A stretch of DNA of 64,000 nucleotides from an uncultured Alphaproteobacteria bacterium (GCA_964625525.1 CAZVEE010000008.1:1764-65763); one strand, 5' to 3'. Positions 1 through 10,235 are shown, counted from the stretch's first letter. Program-made: numbers and translations. Notes: generated from the sequence alone by a model not told the origin.

Positions 1-152
1 CACATTTTGTTCCTAGGCAAAACTCGTATACCATCTGTTTCTGACGCCATGGCACGTGATGTACCGCCGGATCCCCGCAGTTGCGGCCGGTTGCCAGTCC
101 CTGTCCGTCGGGCCTGCGCCGCAAGGGGGGGCCCTAACCGGGAGACACCATC

Positions 153-1442
153 ATGCAGCGTCGGACGCAGATGGCAGGCGCCCCAGGCGCGGGCACCTCA
201 GTGGCGAGCGCGCAAATGGCTGGAGCGGTCAGCGACCCGTCTGGCCCGCCCATGCCCGATCCGCCCCGCACCGCCGGTGAACCGCCCGGTGGCGGCGAGG
301 GGGGCGCTTATGATCCGGTGCGCCGTTACAACCCGGAAGTGGAACACCAACGCATTGAAGACGAGCAGGATGTGGTGCACCGCAAGCTGCTCGGCTTCAC
401 CGATCCGCTGATCCGGACAGCCGTGCGGCTGATCTGGCTGGCGGCGGCGGGCGTGGTGTGGGTAACCCTGTGCGCTCTGGTGCTGGCCATCGGTCATCGG
501 CTTGGCCTCTCGCTGCCACTCAGCGTGAAGGCGCCAGCCGTGATCCTGCCGCCGCTGACAATCCTGGTGCTGCTGCTGGTGCGCCGGTTCATTGCGCTGC
601 AATACCGGATGCGCCGACTGTCTTTTGAGATGACGCTCTATGCCAAGGAAGACGTGAGCCGCCATCTGGACGTGGATCGCGGCACCTATAGCGGTTTCCT
701 GGAATCCACAAAGCCGAAATCCGTCGGCGCGCTTTACCAGCTCTTGCGGTTGCGGATGCGCGGCTTTCGGATCTGGCGGCGCTTTCACATTCACCCGCTG
801 GTGCTGACGCACAGCCTGAACAGCGCGCTGAAGCTGCCCTTTGTCACACCGCGGCTGGTGGTCGTCGGGGCGCCACTGCTGCTGGTGATTGTGATGGTGG
901 TCTTTAATATGGGCCTGGCGGTGGGCAATGGTCATTTCGCCGATGGCTGGGCCCCGACCCCATGGGATGGCGCGGTCGAGCTGTGCAAAGCGTTTCTGGG
1001 GGTGCATGGGGACCAGGCGCTGTCAGCGTTCCCGGCCGGCGATACCTTACTGGTGCTGGCGGGGTTTGGGATCAGCGCGGCCGCTTATGGCCTGGCCCAG
1101 CATATCCGCGATTACATCTATGAGCGTCTGAGTTCCTTTGTGAACACGGACGACTATATGCGCCCTTTCACCCATGACTGCTCCAAGCAAATCCTGAAGC
1201 GCTACAACTATGTGCGTGAAGAGATGTTCCGGGGCTATCGCCGCCACTACCCGGCACAAGCCGAAGAAGAAGACAGCCAGCGCCGGGCCCTGGTGCAGCA
1301 TGAGGCACTGCCCGCCGACGGCAGCGATGATCCCCAGAGCGACGCTGATCAGGCCGCGCTCATGGCCAGTTATCTGGTGGCGAGCGGGGCGGAACCGCCG
1401 CTTGAAAACGGCGCCGATCCAGAAGCGCACGAGCGGGACTGA
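153..1442 (+). CDS. hypothetical integral membrane protein with a Pro/Gly-rich N-terminus
   Basis: 429-aa ORF with several hydrophobic helices (LIWLAAAGVVWVTLCALVLAIG, VVVGAPLLLVIVMVVFNMGLAV). No family recognised. Start uncertain because there are several in-frame Met codons. Confidence 0.5.
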   Translation: MQRRTQMAGAPGAGTSVASAQMAGAVSDPSGPPMPDPPRTAGEPPGGGEGGAYDPVRRYNPEVEHQRIEDEQDVVHRKLLGFTDPLIRTAVRLIWLAAAGVVWVTLCALVLAIGHRLGLSLPLSVKAPAVILPPLTILVLLLVRRFIALQYRMRRLSFEMTLYAKEDVSRHLDVDRGTYSGFLESTKPKSVGALYQLLRLRMRGFRIWRRFHIHPLVLTHSLNSALKLPFVTPRLVVVGAPLLLVIVMVVFNMGLAVGNGHFADGWAPTPWDGAVELCKAFLGVHGDQALSAFPAGDTLLVLAGFGISAAAYGLAQHIRDYIYERLSSFVNTDDYMRPFTHDCSKQILKRYNYVREEMFRGYRRHYPAQAEEEDSQRRALVQHEALPADGSDDPQSDADQAALMASYLVASGAEPPLENGADPEAHERD

Positions 1443-1834
1443 GCGTTTATCCCCCCTTACGGGCCGGGCCACGCCATAAGGCGACCATGGCGCGGGCACA
1501 TCCCCCTTTTTTGCCTGTTGCTATCAATGGGTCTTTTCGGGACACTCGCGTGTTAGGTAATTGGGGTGCCGTCAGGCGGCGGTCGCGGCGTGTCCGGTCT
1601 CACACCCATGCCGGCCCTATGGCAGGGCGGGCGGCGTGAGCCACGATTTTTTCCGGCCTGGAGTTTGTCTCGGAGAGCGCGCCCGCGAGCCGGCCTGGAA
1701 CGGCATGACGTCGCCGTGGTGACGAGGCAGGAATTGATCCTGCCCGTGACAGGCGGCCATTGTGACGGTGGGGGGCGACGGCCATGACCTTGGCACGGGC
1801 CGGCAAGTCAAGACGATCGTTTGGAGCCAGTCTG

Positions 1835-3250
1835 ATGAGCGCGCGCCTGTTTGGCGCGGCACTGCTGGCTGCGGTGCTGTCCGTTCTGGTGCCGGTGTCC
1901 GACGCCGCGCGCGCGGACTATGCCGATGCTTTTCAAGCGGAAAAAGCCGAACGCCAGATGCGCCTTTTGCGCCGCGCCGGGTGGCGGGAACATGATGTGT
2001 TGGCCCAAGCCGAGTTGTGCCGACGCTATTCCGACAGCGAGGACACCCGCGCCGATCCCATCGAAGCCTATGTCTGGTGCTATCTGGCGTCGGTGAATCT
2101 GCGGATTCAAGGCGTGGCTGATGTGGCGCTGGAGCGGTTTCTCGACGATGTGGAAATGGCGACGCTGCGCCGGGCCCAGATGTTCAAGCGGTTGAGCACG
2201 CGCGGGCGCTCTGAGGCGTTCGAGCGGGTCACCTACATTATGACCTGTCGCGGTGGGGTCGGCTTCGCGCGGCTCGCGGAACTCTACGATCCGACTCAGC
2301 GGCGCGCCGGCCTGGTCAGTCGCCGCGTGCAGCGCGCCGGCGGTTCTGACCGGCCACAAGAAGAAAACGGCGAGTTCGTCCTGTTTGGCCACTTCCGCGA
2401 CGGCTTCAGCCGAGACCCGCGCAATCGCTCGTCAAGCCAGGGCTCCGGCCGGCTGGTCAGTTTTGCCGATGACGGTCGTCTGGAGCCCAATGCGGTGGAA
2501 GCCTTGACCTTCTACCTGCTTGCCGAACGGGGCGGGCATCCTTACGCGGGCGCCATGCGCCAGGCGCTGGAGGCCTCTCTCACCGAGGATGCAGAGGCCA
2601 TTCGGGCGCTGGCAGCGGAACGCGCGGGATCCTGGCTGCCGCCCTATGAGATTTACGCGGACGGGGCGCTCGACGCTCAAGGCAATCCTTATACAGATGA
2701 ATGTCCGGTGACAGGAGCCTGGGAAATCGCCCTCAACCGGGTGAACAATCTGCGTCACAAGGATATTCAGTCGGGATTGGCAGCGCTGCGCTATTACACG
2801 GACGACATCGACAATACGATGGGGCCGAACACCCGGAATGCCATCAAGGATTTCCAGACCGCCAATTTCTGGTACCCGTCTGGCTATCTTCAGCCCTATG
2901 AGACGGCACAGCTGATCCGTCAGGCTGCGGTGGCGGGGGATGTGCACAGTCAGACAACGCTGGGCTACATGTATGCCTGTGGGATCGGCGTGGCGCCCGA
3001 CGAGTATCGCGCCGTGCGCTGGTACGAGCGGGCCTATCGCCAGCGCAGTGCCCTGGCAGCGTATAATCTGGGCCTCTTGCTCCAAGGGGACGACGTGAAC
3101 CATCAGTGTACGGTCCAGACTACATTCCGCAAAGTGCCGGAAAACACGAGCCTGTCGGATGCTTACTTTACCGATGCGGTGCGGTGGGGGTTCCGCAGCG
3201 CCTCTGACCAGGTGCTGCAACGCATCGATCTGCCGGTGCGCGAGCGGTAA
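1835..3250 (+). CDS. secreted protein with a peptidoglycan-binding-like domain and Sel1-type repeats
   Basis: ATG at 1835 is preceded by GGAG 8 nt upstream and opens a signal peptide (MSARLFGAALLAAVLSVLVPVSDAARA). LAALRYYTDDIDNTMGPNTRNAIKDFQ resembles PG_binding_1. GYMYACGIGVAPDEYRAVRWYERA is Sel1-like. Confidence 0.7.
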   Translation: MSARLFGAALLAAVLSVLVPVSDAARADYADAFQAEKAERQMRLLRRAGWREHDVLAQAELCRRYSDSEDTRADPIEAYVWCYLASVNLRIQGVADVALERFLDDVEMATLRRAQMFKRLSTRGRSEAFERVTYIMTCRGGVGFARLAELYDPTQRRAGLVSRRVQRAGGSDRPQEENGEFVLFGHFRDGFSRDPRNRSSSQGSGRLVSFADDGRLEPNAVEALTFYLLAERGGHPYAGAMRQALEASLTEDAEAIRALAAERAGSWLPPYEIYADGALDAQGNPYTDECPVTGAWEIALNRVNNLRHKDIQSGLAALRYYTDDIDNTMGPNTRNAIKDFQTANFWYPSGYLQPYETAQLIRQAAVAGDVHSQTTLGYMYACGIGVAPDEYRAVRWYERAYRQRSALAAYNLGLLLQGDDVNHQCTVQTTFRKVPENTSLSDAYFTDAVRWGFRSASDQVLQRIDLPVRER

Positions 3251-3274
3251 GGCCAAGACGGAAAGGGCGACGCC

Positions 3275-4639
3275 ATGACACGCAAGGAATGGATGGCCGG
3301 TCTGGCAGCGCTGACGCTGATGCTGGGCGGGGTGAGCGGTGCGACCGCGCAAGAGAAGGCTGGTGACGCCAGCCCGGCCAGCCAGGCGCGTGCGCCCGCG
3401 GCTGATCAAGCCAGTGCCCAGGCCACCACGACGGATGTCCCGCGCGACCGGTTGCGTCTGGACGACGAGCCGGCCCCGGGGGGCCGGGCGTCCACTGGCG
3501 CGAAAGACGGTCAGGGCTCGGGCGCGGCGGGCCGCAGTCATGAGCGGAACCACACCCGTCTATCCCATATCACTGTCGATGGCCGCCTGAGCGGTGACCA
3601 GGGCACGCGAAGCCGGGTGGCAAGCCTGACAGAGGCGCTTGAACGCGTGGCGGATGGCGGGCGCATTACCGTGCTGCCCCTGGCCCCGGCCGATAATCGC
3701 GGCTTCTACCAGGAAAGCCTGACCATCACCCGGCCGGTGACCATCAGTGGCCAGATCTATGCCCCAATGGCCGATACTGGAATGGCCGATACTGGCCCTG
3801 ACGGGATGGATGACCAAGATGCGGACATGCCGTTGCCGCCGCCGCCCGCGCGGGTCGCGGTAGAGGCGCGCACCGGCGAGGCCTGTGTGACCATCAACAC
3901 GAGCGGGACGGTCGTTCTGGAAAACATCGACTGGATCATTCCGGCGGAGGATTATCCGGGCAGTGCGCCCTGCATCGCCGTCTTCTCCGGGCGTCTGGAG
4001 TTGCGCAACAATTACATCACGGGCCGGACAGAAGGCGCGGCCGTCTACATCGCCTCTAATGAAGCGCTGATCAGCGACAATGAAATCACGCTGGCGCAAA
4101 CGGGTGTGCTTGTCGAGATCGCACCGCTGGAGCGGCGCCGGCGCGCGCGCAATGTGCCGCGCATTTATGAGGTCAGCGACAACACCATCTATGAAACCTT
4201 TAACGGCATTGTCGTCACCGGCAGCGACCTGCTCGACAGCACTGTTCTGGACCCGGAAATCATGGTGGTCGGCAATCTGGTTTCTCAGAACGACGGCTCA
4301 GGCCTCATTGTGCGGGATGTGCAGGATCTGACCGTCTCATCCAATCAGTTCTCCAATAACGGCGCGGACGGCGTGGTGTTGGAGCGCTCCGGTGGCCGCT
4401 TCAATGGCAACACCATTGCCCAAAGCGGGAATAATGGCGTCGTCCTGGATGATCCCGACGGGCCGGTCTTCGAGGGTAACGAGATCCTGGACAGTGGGCG
4501 CAACGGCGTGCGGCTGCGCAATGGCGGCTTTGGCCGTTTCCAGCAGAACCGCATCAGCGGCGAGGGAAGCTGCATCTCGCCGCGTCGCTACAGCGATGTG
4601 TTGGAGTTCGACCAACGGGCGAGCTGCGTCGAGTTATGA
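3275..4639 (+). CDS. secreted right-handed parallel beta-helix repeat protein (NosD/pectate-lyase-fold like)
   Basis: Signal peptide MTRKEWMAGLAALTLMLGGVSGATAQE. The C-terminal half has repeated N-x-I/G turns (SSNQFSNNGADGVVLERSGGRFNGNTIAQSGNNGVVLDD...GNEILDSGRNGVRL). Confidence 0.7.
   Translation: MTRKEWMAGLAALTLMLGGVSGATAQEKAGDASPASQARAPAADQASAQATTTDVPRDRLRLDDEPAPGGRASTGAKDGQGSGAAGRSHERNHTRLSHITVDGRLSGDQGTRSRVASLTEALERVADGGRITVLPLAPADNRGFYQESLTITRPVTISGQIYAPMADTGMADTGPDGMDDQDADMPLPPPPARVAVEARTGEACVTINTSGTVVLENIDWIIPAEDYPGSAPCIAVFSGRLELRNNYITGRTEGAAVYIASNEALISDNEITLAQTGVLVEIAPLERRRRARNVPRIYEVSDNTIYETFNGIVVTGSDLLDSTVLDPEIMVVGNLVSQNDGSGLIVRDVQDLTVSSNQFSNNGADGVVLERSGGRFNGNTIAQSGNNGVVLDDPDGPVFEGNEILDSGRNGVRLRNGGFGRFQQNRISGEGSCISPRRYSDVLEFDQRASCVEL
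3767..3796 (+). repeat. 15-nt tandem duplication (2 copies, encodes MADTG MADTG)
   Basis: atggccgatactgga followed by atggccgatactggc, in frame inside the beta-helix protein gene. Confidence 0.85.
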
Positions 4640-4723
4640 TCGCCCGTTTCCCCTGCGGCCCGGTCTCGTGTATCGTCCTGTGACAGGCGGGCGCGGGGCC
4701 CGGCGCAGCGGCCGGGGGCCGAG

Positions 4724-5578
4724 ATGGACTGGTTTTACATCGTCATTTTTGTGCTGGTGCTGCTGATTTTCATTCAGCCGGCCCTGGCCATGCGACAGTT
4801 GCGGTGGGCGCGGTCCGCCAAGATCCGCGAGCTTGAGCGCGATCTGGAAGCCCGCGTCATCACCTTGATCCACCGCCAGGAGCGGGTGTCGGTGTTTGGC
4901 TTCACGTCGGCCCGCTTCATTGATATCGACGACGCGCAGGCGATCATTCACGCCATCCGCACCACGCCGGACCATCAGCCCATCGCACTGGTGCTGCATA
5001 CGCCGGGCGGGCTTGTGCTGGCGGCCATGCAAATCGCGCGGGCCGTGAAGGCGCATAAGGGCAAGGTCTCAGTCTATGTGCCGGTCTATGCCATGTCCGG
5101 CGGCACCCTGATCGCGCTTGCGGCGGATGAAATCGTGATGGGGGACTTCTCCGTGCTCGGGCCCATCGACCCGCAGATTGCGGGGCTGCCGGCTCCCTCC
5201 ATTGTGAATGTGACGCATCAAAAGCCGCTGACCCATGTGCATGATCTGACCTTGGTGCTGGCGGATATCGGCGCCAAGGCCATCGCCCAATTGCGGTCCG
5301 GCGCGACGGATCTGATGCGTGAGCGGCTCGGTGAGGCCCAGGCCCAGGCGATCGCGGAGCGCCTCACCGCCGGCCACTGGACCCATGACTATGCCATCAC
5401 GCCGGAAGAGGCGCGGGAGATCGGCCTGACGATTTCCACCGAGTTGCCCGAGGCGGTGACAGACCTGATGACGCTCTATCCCCAGCCGGTGCGCCAGACG
5501 GAATCCGTGGAAGCCTCGCCGCCGCGCGATGTGAAGCGGGGGCCGGAGTCGCTGGTTTGGCAAGACTGGCTGCGCTGA
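4724..5578 (+). CDS. membrane-anchored SDH-family Clp-fold serine protease
   Basis: N-terminal TM helix (WFYIVIFVLVLLIFIQPALA). LVLHTPGGLVLAAMQIARAV and YVPVYAMSGGTLIALAADEIVMG are typical of the ClpP/SppA-like 'serine dehydrogenase proteinase' family. Confidence 0.75.
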   Translation: MDWFYIVIFVLVLLIFIQPALAMRQLRWARSAKIRELERDLEARVITLIHRQERVSVFGFTSARFIDIDDAQAIIHAIRTTPDHQPIALVLHTPGGLVLAAMQIARAVKAHKGKVSVYVPVYAMSGGTLIALAADEIVMGDFSVLGPIDPQIAGLPAPSIVNVTHQKPLTHVHDLTLVLADIGAKAIAQLRSGATDLMRERLGEAQAQAIAERLTAGHWTHDYAITPEEAREIGLTISTELPEAVTDLMTLYPQPVRQTESVEASPPRDVKRGPESLVWQDWLR

Positions 5579-5696
5579 CGTTTTCCTCACGGAGTGTCTG
5601 GGAGAGGCGTGCGCGTTTTTGGCAAAGCGCCTTCCCACCGCCGTCCAGACGCTTAGACTGCATCGCATCATGTTTTGAGTCGCGTCAGGAGCGTCC

Positions 5697-6407
5697 ATGG
5701 CCAATATGCGCCCGAAGGATTTCGCCCATCTCTACAAGACATTCAACGCGTCGATCTCCGAGCGGACGGATTGCGGGCAGCATTGCGCCCCGCTGAACGG
5801 TGGCACGCCCGTGTGCTGCTCCACTCAGAATGCCATTCCCATCATCTCCAAAACCGAATGGAAGCATCTTAAAGCGACGACCGACGCTTGGGAGCGTTTC
5901 AAACCCTATGATGCCAATTCGCGCGAGATCGTGGACGAGTTGCACGACACCTGCATGGCCGTGTCCTGCACCATTGCGCCGGCCTGTCAGCGCAATGCGC
6001 GCACCATCGCCTGCCGCTCTTTTCCCTTTTTTCCGTATATGACGCGGCAGGGAGAGATGGCGGGCATCGCCTATTACTGGATTTTCGAAGATCGCTGCTG
6101 GGTGCTGTCCAATCTCGATATTGTCGAGGCGGCGTTTGTCGGTGAGCTGATGGACGCCTACACCTATCTGTTTGAGCGGGACGCGCAGGAACGCCAGGTG
6201 TTCATGGACCAATCGGCAACGGCGCGCCGGGTGTTCTCGCGCTGGAACCGGCCCTTGCCGGTCTTTGACCGAGAGGGGCAGCTTTGGAAAGTCCCCCCCA
6301 AATCGGGCGGTACGTTGAAGCGGGCGCGGCTGTCGGAGTTCAAGGCGCATGGGCCCTATGCCTCGCAAGAGGCCTATGAGGCGGCGGTGCAGGAAAGCCA
6401 GAGCTGA
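5697..6407 (+). CDS. conserved-looking Cys-rich hypothetical protein
   Basis: 236-aa ORF with AGGAG 6 nt upstream of the ATG. Cys cluster CGQHCAPLNGGTPVCC plus further Cys residues. No family recognised. Confidence 0.55.
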   Translation: MANMRPKDFAHLYKTFNASISERTDCGQHCAPLNGGTPVCCSTQNAIPIISKTEWKHLKATTDAWERFKPYDANSREIVDELHDTCMAVSCTIAPACQRNARTIACRSFPFFPYMTRQGEMAGIAYYWIFEDRCWVLSNLDIVEAAFVGELMDAYTYLFERDAQERQVFMDQSATARRVFSRWNRPLPVFDREGQLWKVPPKSGGTLKRARLSEFKAHGPYASQEAYEAAVQESQS

Positions 6408-6436
6408 GGCGCGCACGCTGTCCGCCCTCGGACGCC

Positions 6437-6480
6437 AAACTGTCCGCTCGCGAACACCCGAGCCGGACAGTTTCAGATTA
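6437..6480 (+). terminator. rho-independent-like terminator after the 5697-6407 gene
   Basis: Inverted repeat AAACTGTCCG(C)TCG ... CGAGCCGGACAGTTT followed by TTTCAGATT and an AT-rich stretch. Confidence 0.55.
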
Positions 6481-6614
6481 AGTCATTGATAATATTAACA
6501 ATCCCGGTTTGGCACGTCTGTTGCCCCTGGAAGGGGGCCTTTGCGCGCCGGAGTGGCCGCAAGGGGGCTGGGGTGGGTCAGGGTCTGGCTGCCCCGAGAG
6601 CAACCGAGGAGGAG

Positions 6615-6926
6615 ATGAAAATGCCGCGCTTTTTGATGATTGCTGCCACGGCCACCGCTGTTGTTCTGGGTGCTGGGTTTGCGCCAGCGCCGGTGTCCGC
6701 GAATGAGAGTGCCGCGCAGGAGCGCGTGACGGTCTCGCTGAGCCGCTCGGACGCGCGCAAAGTGATCATGGAGTATTACGAGCGCCGGGGGGAGCGGGTG
6801 CGCATCCGCCGCAGCTGGGTGAGCGGCGGCCAGTTCTACGCCAAAGTGGTGAACCGCTTCAATGACCCGGTGTCGACCGTGGCCGTGGATATGGACAATG
6901 GGCGCCTGCGTTTTGTGAACAGCTGA
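6615..6926 (+). CDS. small secreted protein, PepSY-like
   Basis: GAGGAGGAG lies directly upstream of the ATG at 6615. Signal peptide MKMPRFLMIAATATAVVLGAGFAPAPVSA. The C-terminal pattern ...GGQFYAKVVN...VAVDMDNGRL resembles PepSY. Confidence 0.6.
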   Translation: MKMPRFLMIAATATAVVLGAGFAPAPVSANESAAQERVTVSLSRSDARKVIMEYYERRGERVRIRRSWVSGGQFYAKVVNRFNDPVSTVAVDMDNGRLRFVNS

Positions 6927-6960
6927 GGCGTCGGCATCATCTTCGGATGAAAGTGTGACC

Positions 6961-6996
6961 GAGGACGGAGCTGGGGGACTGCTCCGTCCTCTTTTT
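6961..6996 (+). terminator. intrinsic terminator between convergent genes
   Basis: Perfect 11-bp stem GAGGACGGAGC / GCTCCGTCCTC followed by CTTTTTG. It lies between the stop at 6926 (+) and the stop at 7000 (-). Confidence 0.65.
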
Positions 6997-6999
6997 GTG

Positions 7000-8805
7000 T
7001 CAGGCGATCAGCGCGGGCGCCTCGCCGTGCTGGGTTTGATAGAGCGCCTGGTACTGACCATCCGGGCGCCGCATCAGTTCGGCATGGGTGCCCTGTTCGA
7101 CAACCCTGCCGCCGGAGAACACCAGGATCCGGTCCACCGAGCGAATGGTGGACAGGCGGTGGGCGATGAGGATCGTGGTGCGCCCGTCCATCAGCTCTTC
7201 AATGGCCTCCTGAATGTGCTTCTCTGTGATCGAGTCGAGGCTTGACGTGGCCTCATCCAGGATCAGGATCGGCGCATCCGCCAGGAACGCCCGGGCCAAG
7301 GCCACCCGCTGACGTTCCCCGCCGGACAGTTTCACGCCCCGCTCACCCACAAGCGTATCGTAGCCTTCCGTCAGACGGGTGATGAACTCGTGGGCGTGAG
7401 CCTTGCGGGCCGCGGCCTCGATCTCGTCCTGCGTGGCATCCGGCCGGGCATAGCCGATATTCTCGGCGAGCGACCGGTGGAACAGGATCGGGTCCTGAGG
7501 CACCAGCGCAATGGACTGGCGCAGGCTGTCCTGGGTCACCGTGCGCAGGTCCTGGCCGTCGATTAGGATCCGCCCGCCAGAGGCATCGTAGAGCCGCTGC
7601 ACCAGCTTCACGAAGGTGCTTTTGCCGCTGCCCGACTTGCCCACCAGTGCCACCCGCTCCCCCGACGCGATGTCGATGGAGAAGTCCTCATAGACCGGGC
7701 GCGGCTGATTGGCGTAAGCGAAGGCCACCCGGTCGAAGACGATCCGCCCACGGCCGGTCTCGAAGGGCCGGGCATCGCGGCCATCGGCGATCTCGAACGT
7801 CTGGTCACGGAAGCGGACCAGGTCTTCGATCTCGTTGATGGCTTGCTGCATGTTGCGCATATGCATGCCGATGTCCCGCAGATAGCCGTTCAGCAGCATG
7901 TAGGTGGTCAGCACCAGGGTCACCTGACCGGGCGTGGCATTGCCTTGCGTCCACAGCCACAGTACCAGCGACAAGATGCTCGCCTGCATGGCAATGCGCA
8001 GCGCCGCGAGGACCCCGCCTGCATTCACATGGCGGTTCCAGGTGCGCGATGCTTGGGCCTTCCAACGTCTTGTCATGTCCAGCAGCCGCTCATCCTCGCG
8101 CGCTTCGGCGCCGAAGGCGATGACCGTGGCATTGCAGGTGACCGCGTCGGCCACCACGCCACCGAACTCGGAGTCGATATCGGCGAAGGCCTGGTTTTCG
8201 GGCGCGATATACCGCACGGAGAGGAGATAGCTCGCCGTGATGTAGAGCACGACCGCCGGGACGGCCACCAGACCCACCAGTGGCCAGTTCAGAGTCAGGA
8301 CCGTCATGGTGCCGACCAGAACCAACGTGGTGGGGAAGAAGCCATAGTTCAGCGTATCGCCGAAACTATCGAAGGCCCACATGCCTCGGGTCAGCTTGCG
8401 CACGGTCGCACCGGCGAAGTTGTTCGCATGCCAATCGGTACCGAACCTCTGGACCCGGAAGAAGCCGTCCTCGACGATCCGCGCCATACAGCGCAGCGCC
8501 ACTGCGATCCAAACGCGATCGCGCAGGATGTAGAGCGTTTCCGCCAGCAAAATGGCGCCGACGAAAAGGCCAAGGAACAGGCTCGCCGCGGCGACATCGC
8601 CGCTATCGGTGGCGATCGTGTCCACCAGGCGACCGGCGAGGTAAGGCTGGGATACGCTCAAGCCAGTGCCGATGAGAAGGCCGGCAAGCACGAAGGCGAG
8701 CCGCCAGGGCTCCCGGCGCCAATAGGCCCAGGCATACTCAAACACGTCGGCGAAGCCGAAATCGCGGCGGTTTGACGATGGAGTTTCAGGTGTCTGCTCA
8801 GTCAT
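7000..8805 (-). CDS. ABC transporter, fused permease/ATP-binding protein (MsbA/multidrug-exporter type)
   Basis: 601 aa with an N-terminal 6-TM domain. Walker A GKSGSGKST, signature LSGGERQR, Walker B ILILDEATS. Confidence 0.9.
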   Translation of the reverse strand: MTEQTPETPSSNRRDFGFADVFEYAWAYWRREPWRLAFVLAGLLIGTGLSVSQPYLAGRLVDTIATDSGDVAAASLFLGLFVGAILLAETLYILRDRVWIAVALRCMARIVEDGFFRVQRFGTDWHANNFAGATVRKLTRGMWAFDSFGDTLNYGFFPTTLVLVGTMTVLTLNWPLVGLVAVPAVVLYITASYLLSVRYIAPENQAFADIDSEFGGVVADAVTCNATVIAFGAEAREDERLLDMTRRWKAQASRTWNRHVNAGGVLAALRIAMQASILSLVLWLWTQGNATPGQVTLVLTTYMLLNGYLRDIGMHMRNMQQAINEIEDLVRFRDQTFEIADGRDARPFETGRGRIVFDRVAFAYANQPRPVYEDFSIDIASGERVALVGKSGSGKSTFVKLVQRLYDASGGRILIDGQDLRTVTQDSLRQSIALVPQDPILFHRSLAENIGYARPDATQDEIEAAARKAHAHEFITRLTEGYDTLVGERGVKLSGGERQRVALARAFLADAPILILDEATSSLDSITEKHIQEAIEELMDGRTTILIAHRLSTIRSVDRILVFSGGRVVEQGTHAELMRRPDGQYQALYQTQHGEAPALIA

Positions 8806-9260
8806 GATCCGATGCTCCGCACGCTGGCGCGGTGCCTCCCTCTTTCAGGATCGGTTGGGACAGGGTGGTGGTCAGCCGGGGAAAGGTCCGTCTTCCCTGT
8901 CCCTGCCGTTCTGACTTGAACGGACCGCAAAGGGGGGGCCCAGTGCAGAGACGTCGCCTCGGCGTTTTCTCAAACGATGGACGCCGATCATGCGCGTGGA
9001 ATGGAAGAGGTGGACAGAACATGGCCCGGTCTGATCATCCGGGCCGTCACGCGCTTAGGCGCGGAGGACCCGGGATACACAAGATGGTTTCATCGTGCTC
9101 CCTTTCGATCGTTCAACGGGTCGGCGTCCGGTTATCCAACAGAGCGTGCTATTGGTCGCGCCGACGGCGGTGAGCGGCACAATGACCATGATCCGGATAG
9201 GGATCAAGTCCAATCTGCGCGGCTATGTCCGTTTCGATGCCGAAGTGCGGCATTTGCGCA

Positions 9261-10235
9261 TCAGGATGTCGAACTGGTCTCCAGCGCGTAGGTCAGGCTG
9301 CGCAAGTGGTCTGCGAGGGCGCGACGATCCTTGATATGGGCGAGATCCGCATAGGGAATGGGGGCGCCGATTGTCAGGTCCATTTTCGTGCGGATGCGCC
9401 GAGCCACCTCATGAAACAGCAGCGCGATGCGCAATGTGGGGCTGAGCAGGCTGGCGATCTGGAACAAGCGGCTGTTCTGGCCGGAGAAGAAGATCGGCAC
9501 CACCGTGGCCTGGGCATCAATGATCAGGCGCGCGGTGAAGGGCTTCCAATCCGGGTCCACGGCGCGGCCCGTCAACGGCTTGTCGGCCGTGGACACCGTG
9601 CCGCCGGGGAACGCCACGATCGCCCCGCCGTCTTTCAGGATGGCGCGGGCCTCGGCGCGGGAATTCAGGTTCGTGGCCATGGCTTCGCGGGTTTCCGCGA
9701 AATCGATGGGCAGCACGAAGGGGCGGATTTCCGGCGCACGGAACAGCACCGAATTGGTGAGCACCTTGAAGTCCGTGCGGACCTGGGAAATCAGCCAGCT
9801 GATAACGATCCCGTCGAGCACTCCATAGGGATGGTTCGCCACCACCACCAGAGGGCCGGTCTGGGGGATCTGCTCCAGACGCGTGCGGTCGAAATTCAGG
9901 TGCAGTTCCAGATACCGCATGGCGGCATCCCAGAAACTCTCCCCCTCGCGTGGCTCGCGGCGGTTCTTCAGATACATCGCCTTGAGCTTGGGCTGGCCGG
10001 TGATGCGCTCAATCAGCGTGATAGCCAGGCGCCGCAAGCGGCTGTCCTCGGGTGAGGCGTAGCTGAAATAGGGGATGCCGTTTTCGTCCACCTCGTCATC
10101 CGCGCCAGTCAACTGCGTGGTGAGCGTGTAGGTGGTGGGCAACGGGTCCCGGCGCTCCTGAGAAGCGGACATTCCTCTAGCGTTCCCGTTTCTTAGTGCA
10201 ACGCATGGCCTCGCAAGGCCCAAAGGACTAGACAT
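9261..10235 (-). CDS. lysophospholipid (PlsC-like) acyltransferase family protein
   Basis: HX4D motif in VVVANHPYGVLDG and a downstream FPGGT motif. 324 aa. Start uncertain (alternative ATG at 10172). Confidence 0.7.
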   Translation of the reverse strand: MSSPLGLARPCVALRNGNARGMSASQERRDPLPTTYTLTTQLTGADDEVDENGIPYFSYASPEDSRLRRLAITLIERITGQPKLKAMYLKNRREPREGESFWDAAMRYLELHLNFDRTRLEQIPQTGPLVVVANHPYGVLDGIVISWLISQVRTDFKVLTNSVLFRAPEIRPFVLPIDFAETREAMATNLNSRAEARAILKDGGAIVAFPGGTVSTADKPLTGRAVDPDWKPFTARLIIDAQATVVPIFFSGQNSRLFQIASLLSPTLRIALLFHEVARRIRTKMDLTIGAPIPYADLAHIKDRRALADHLRSLTYALETSSTS

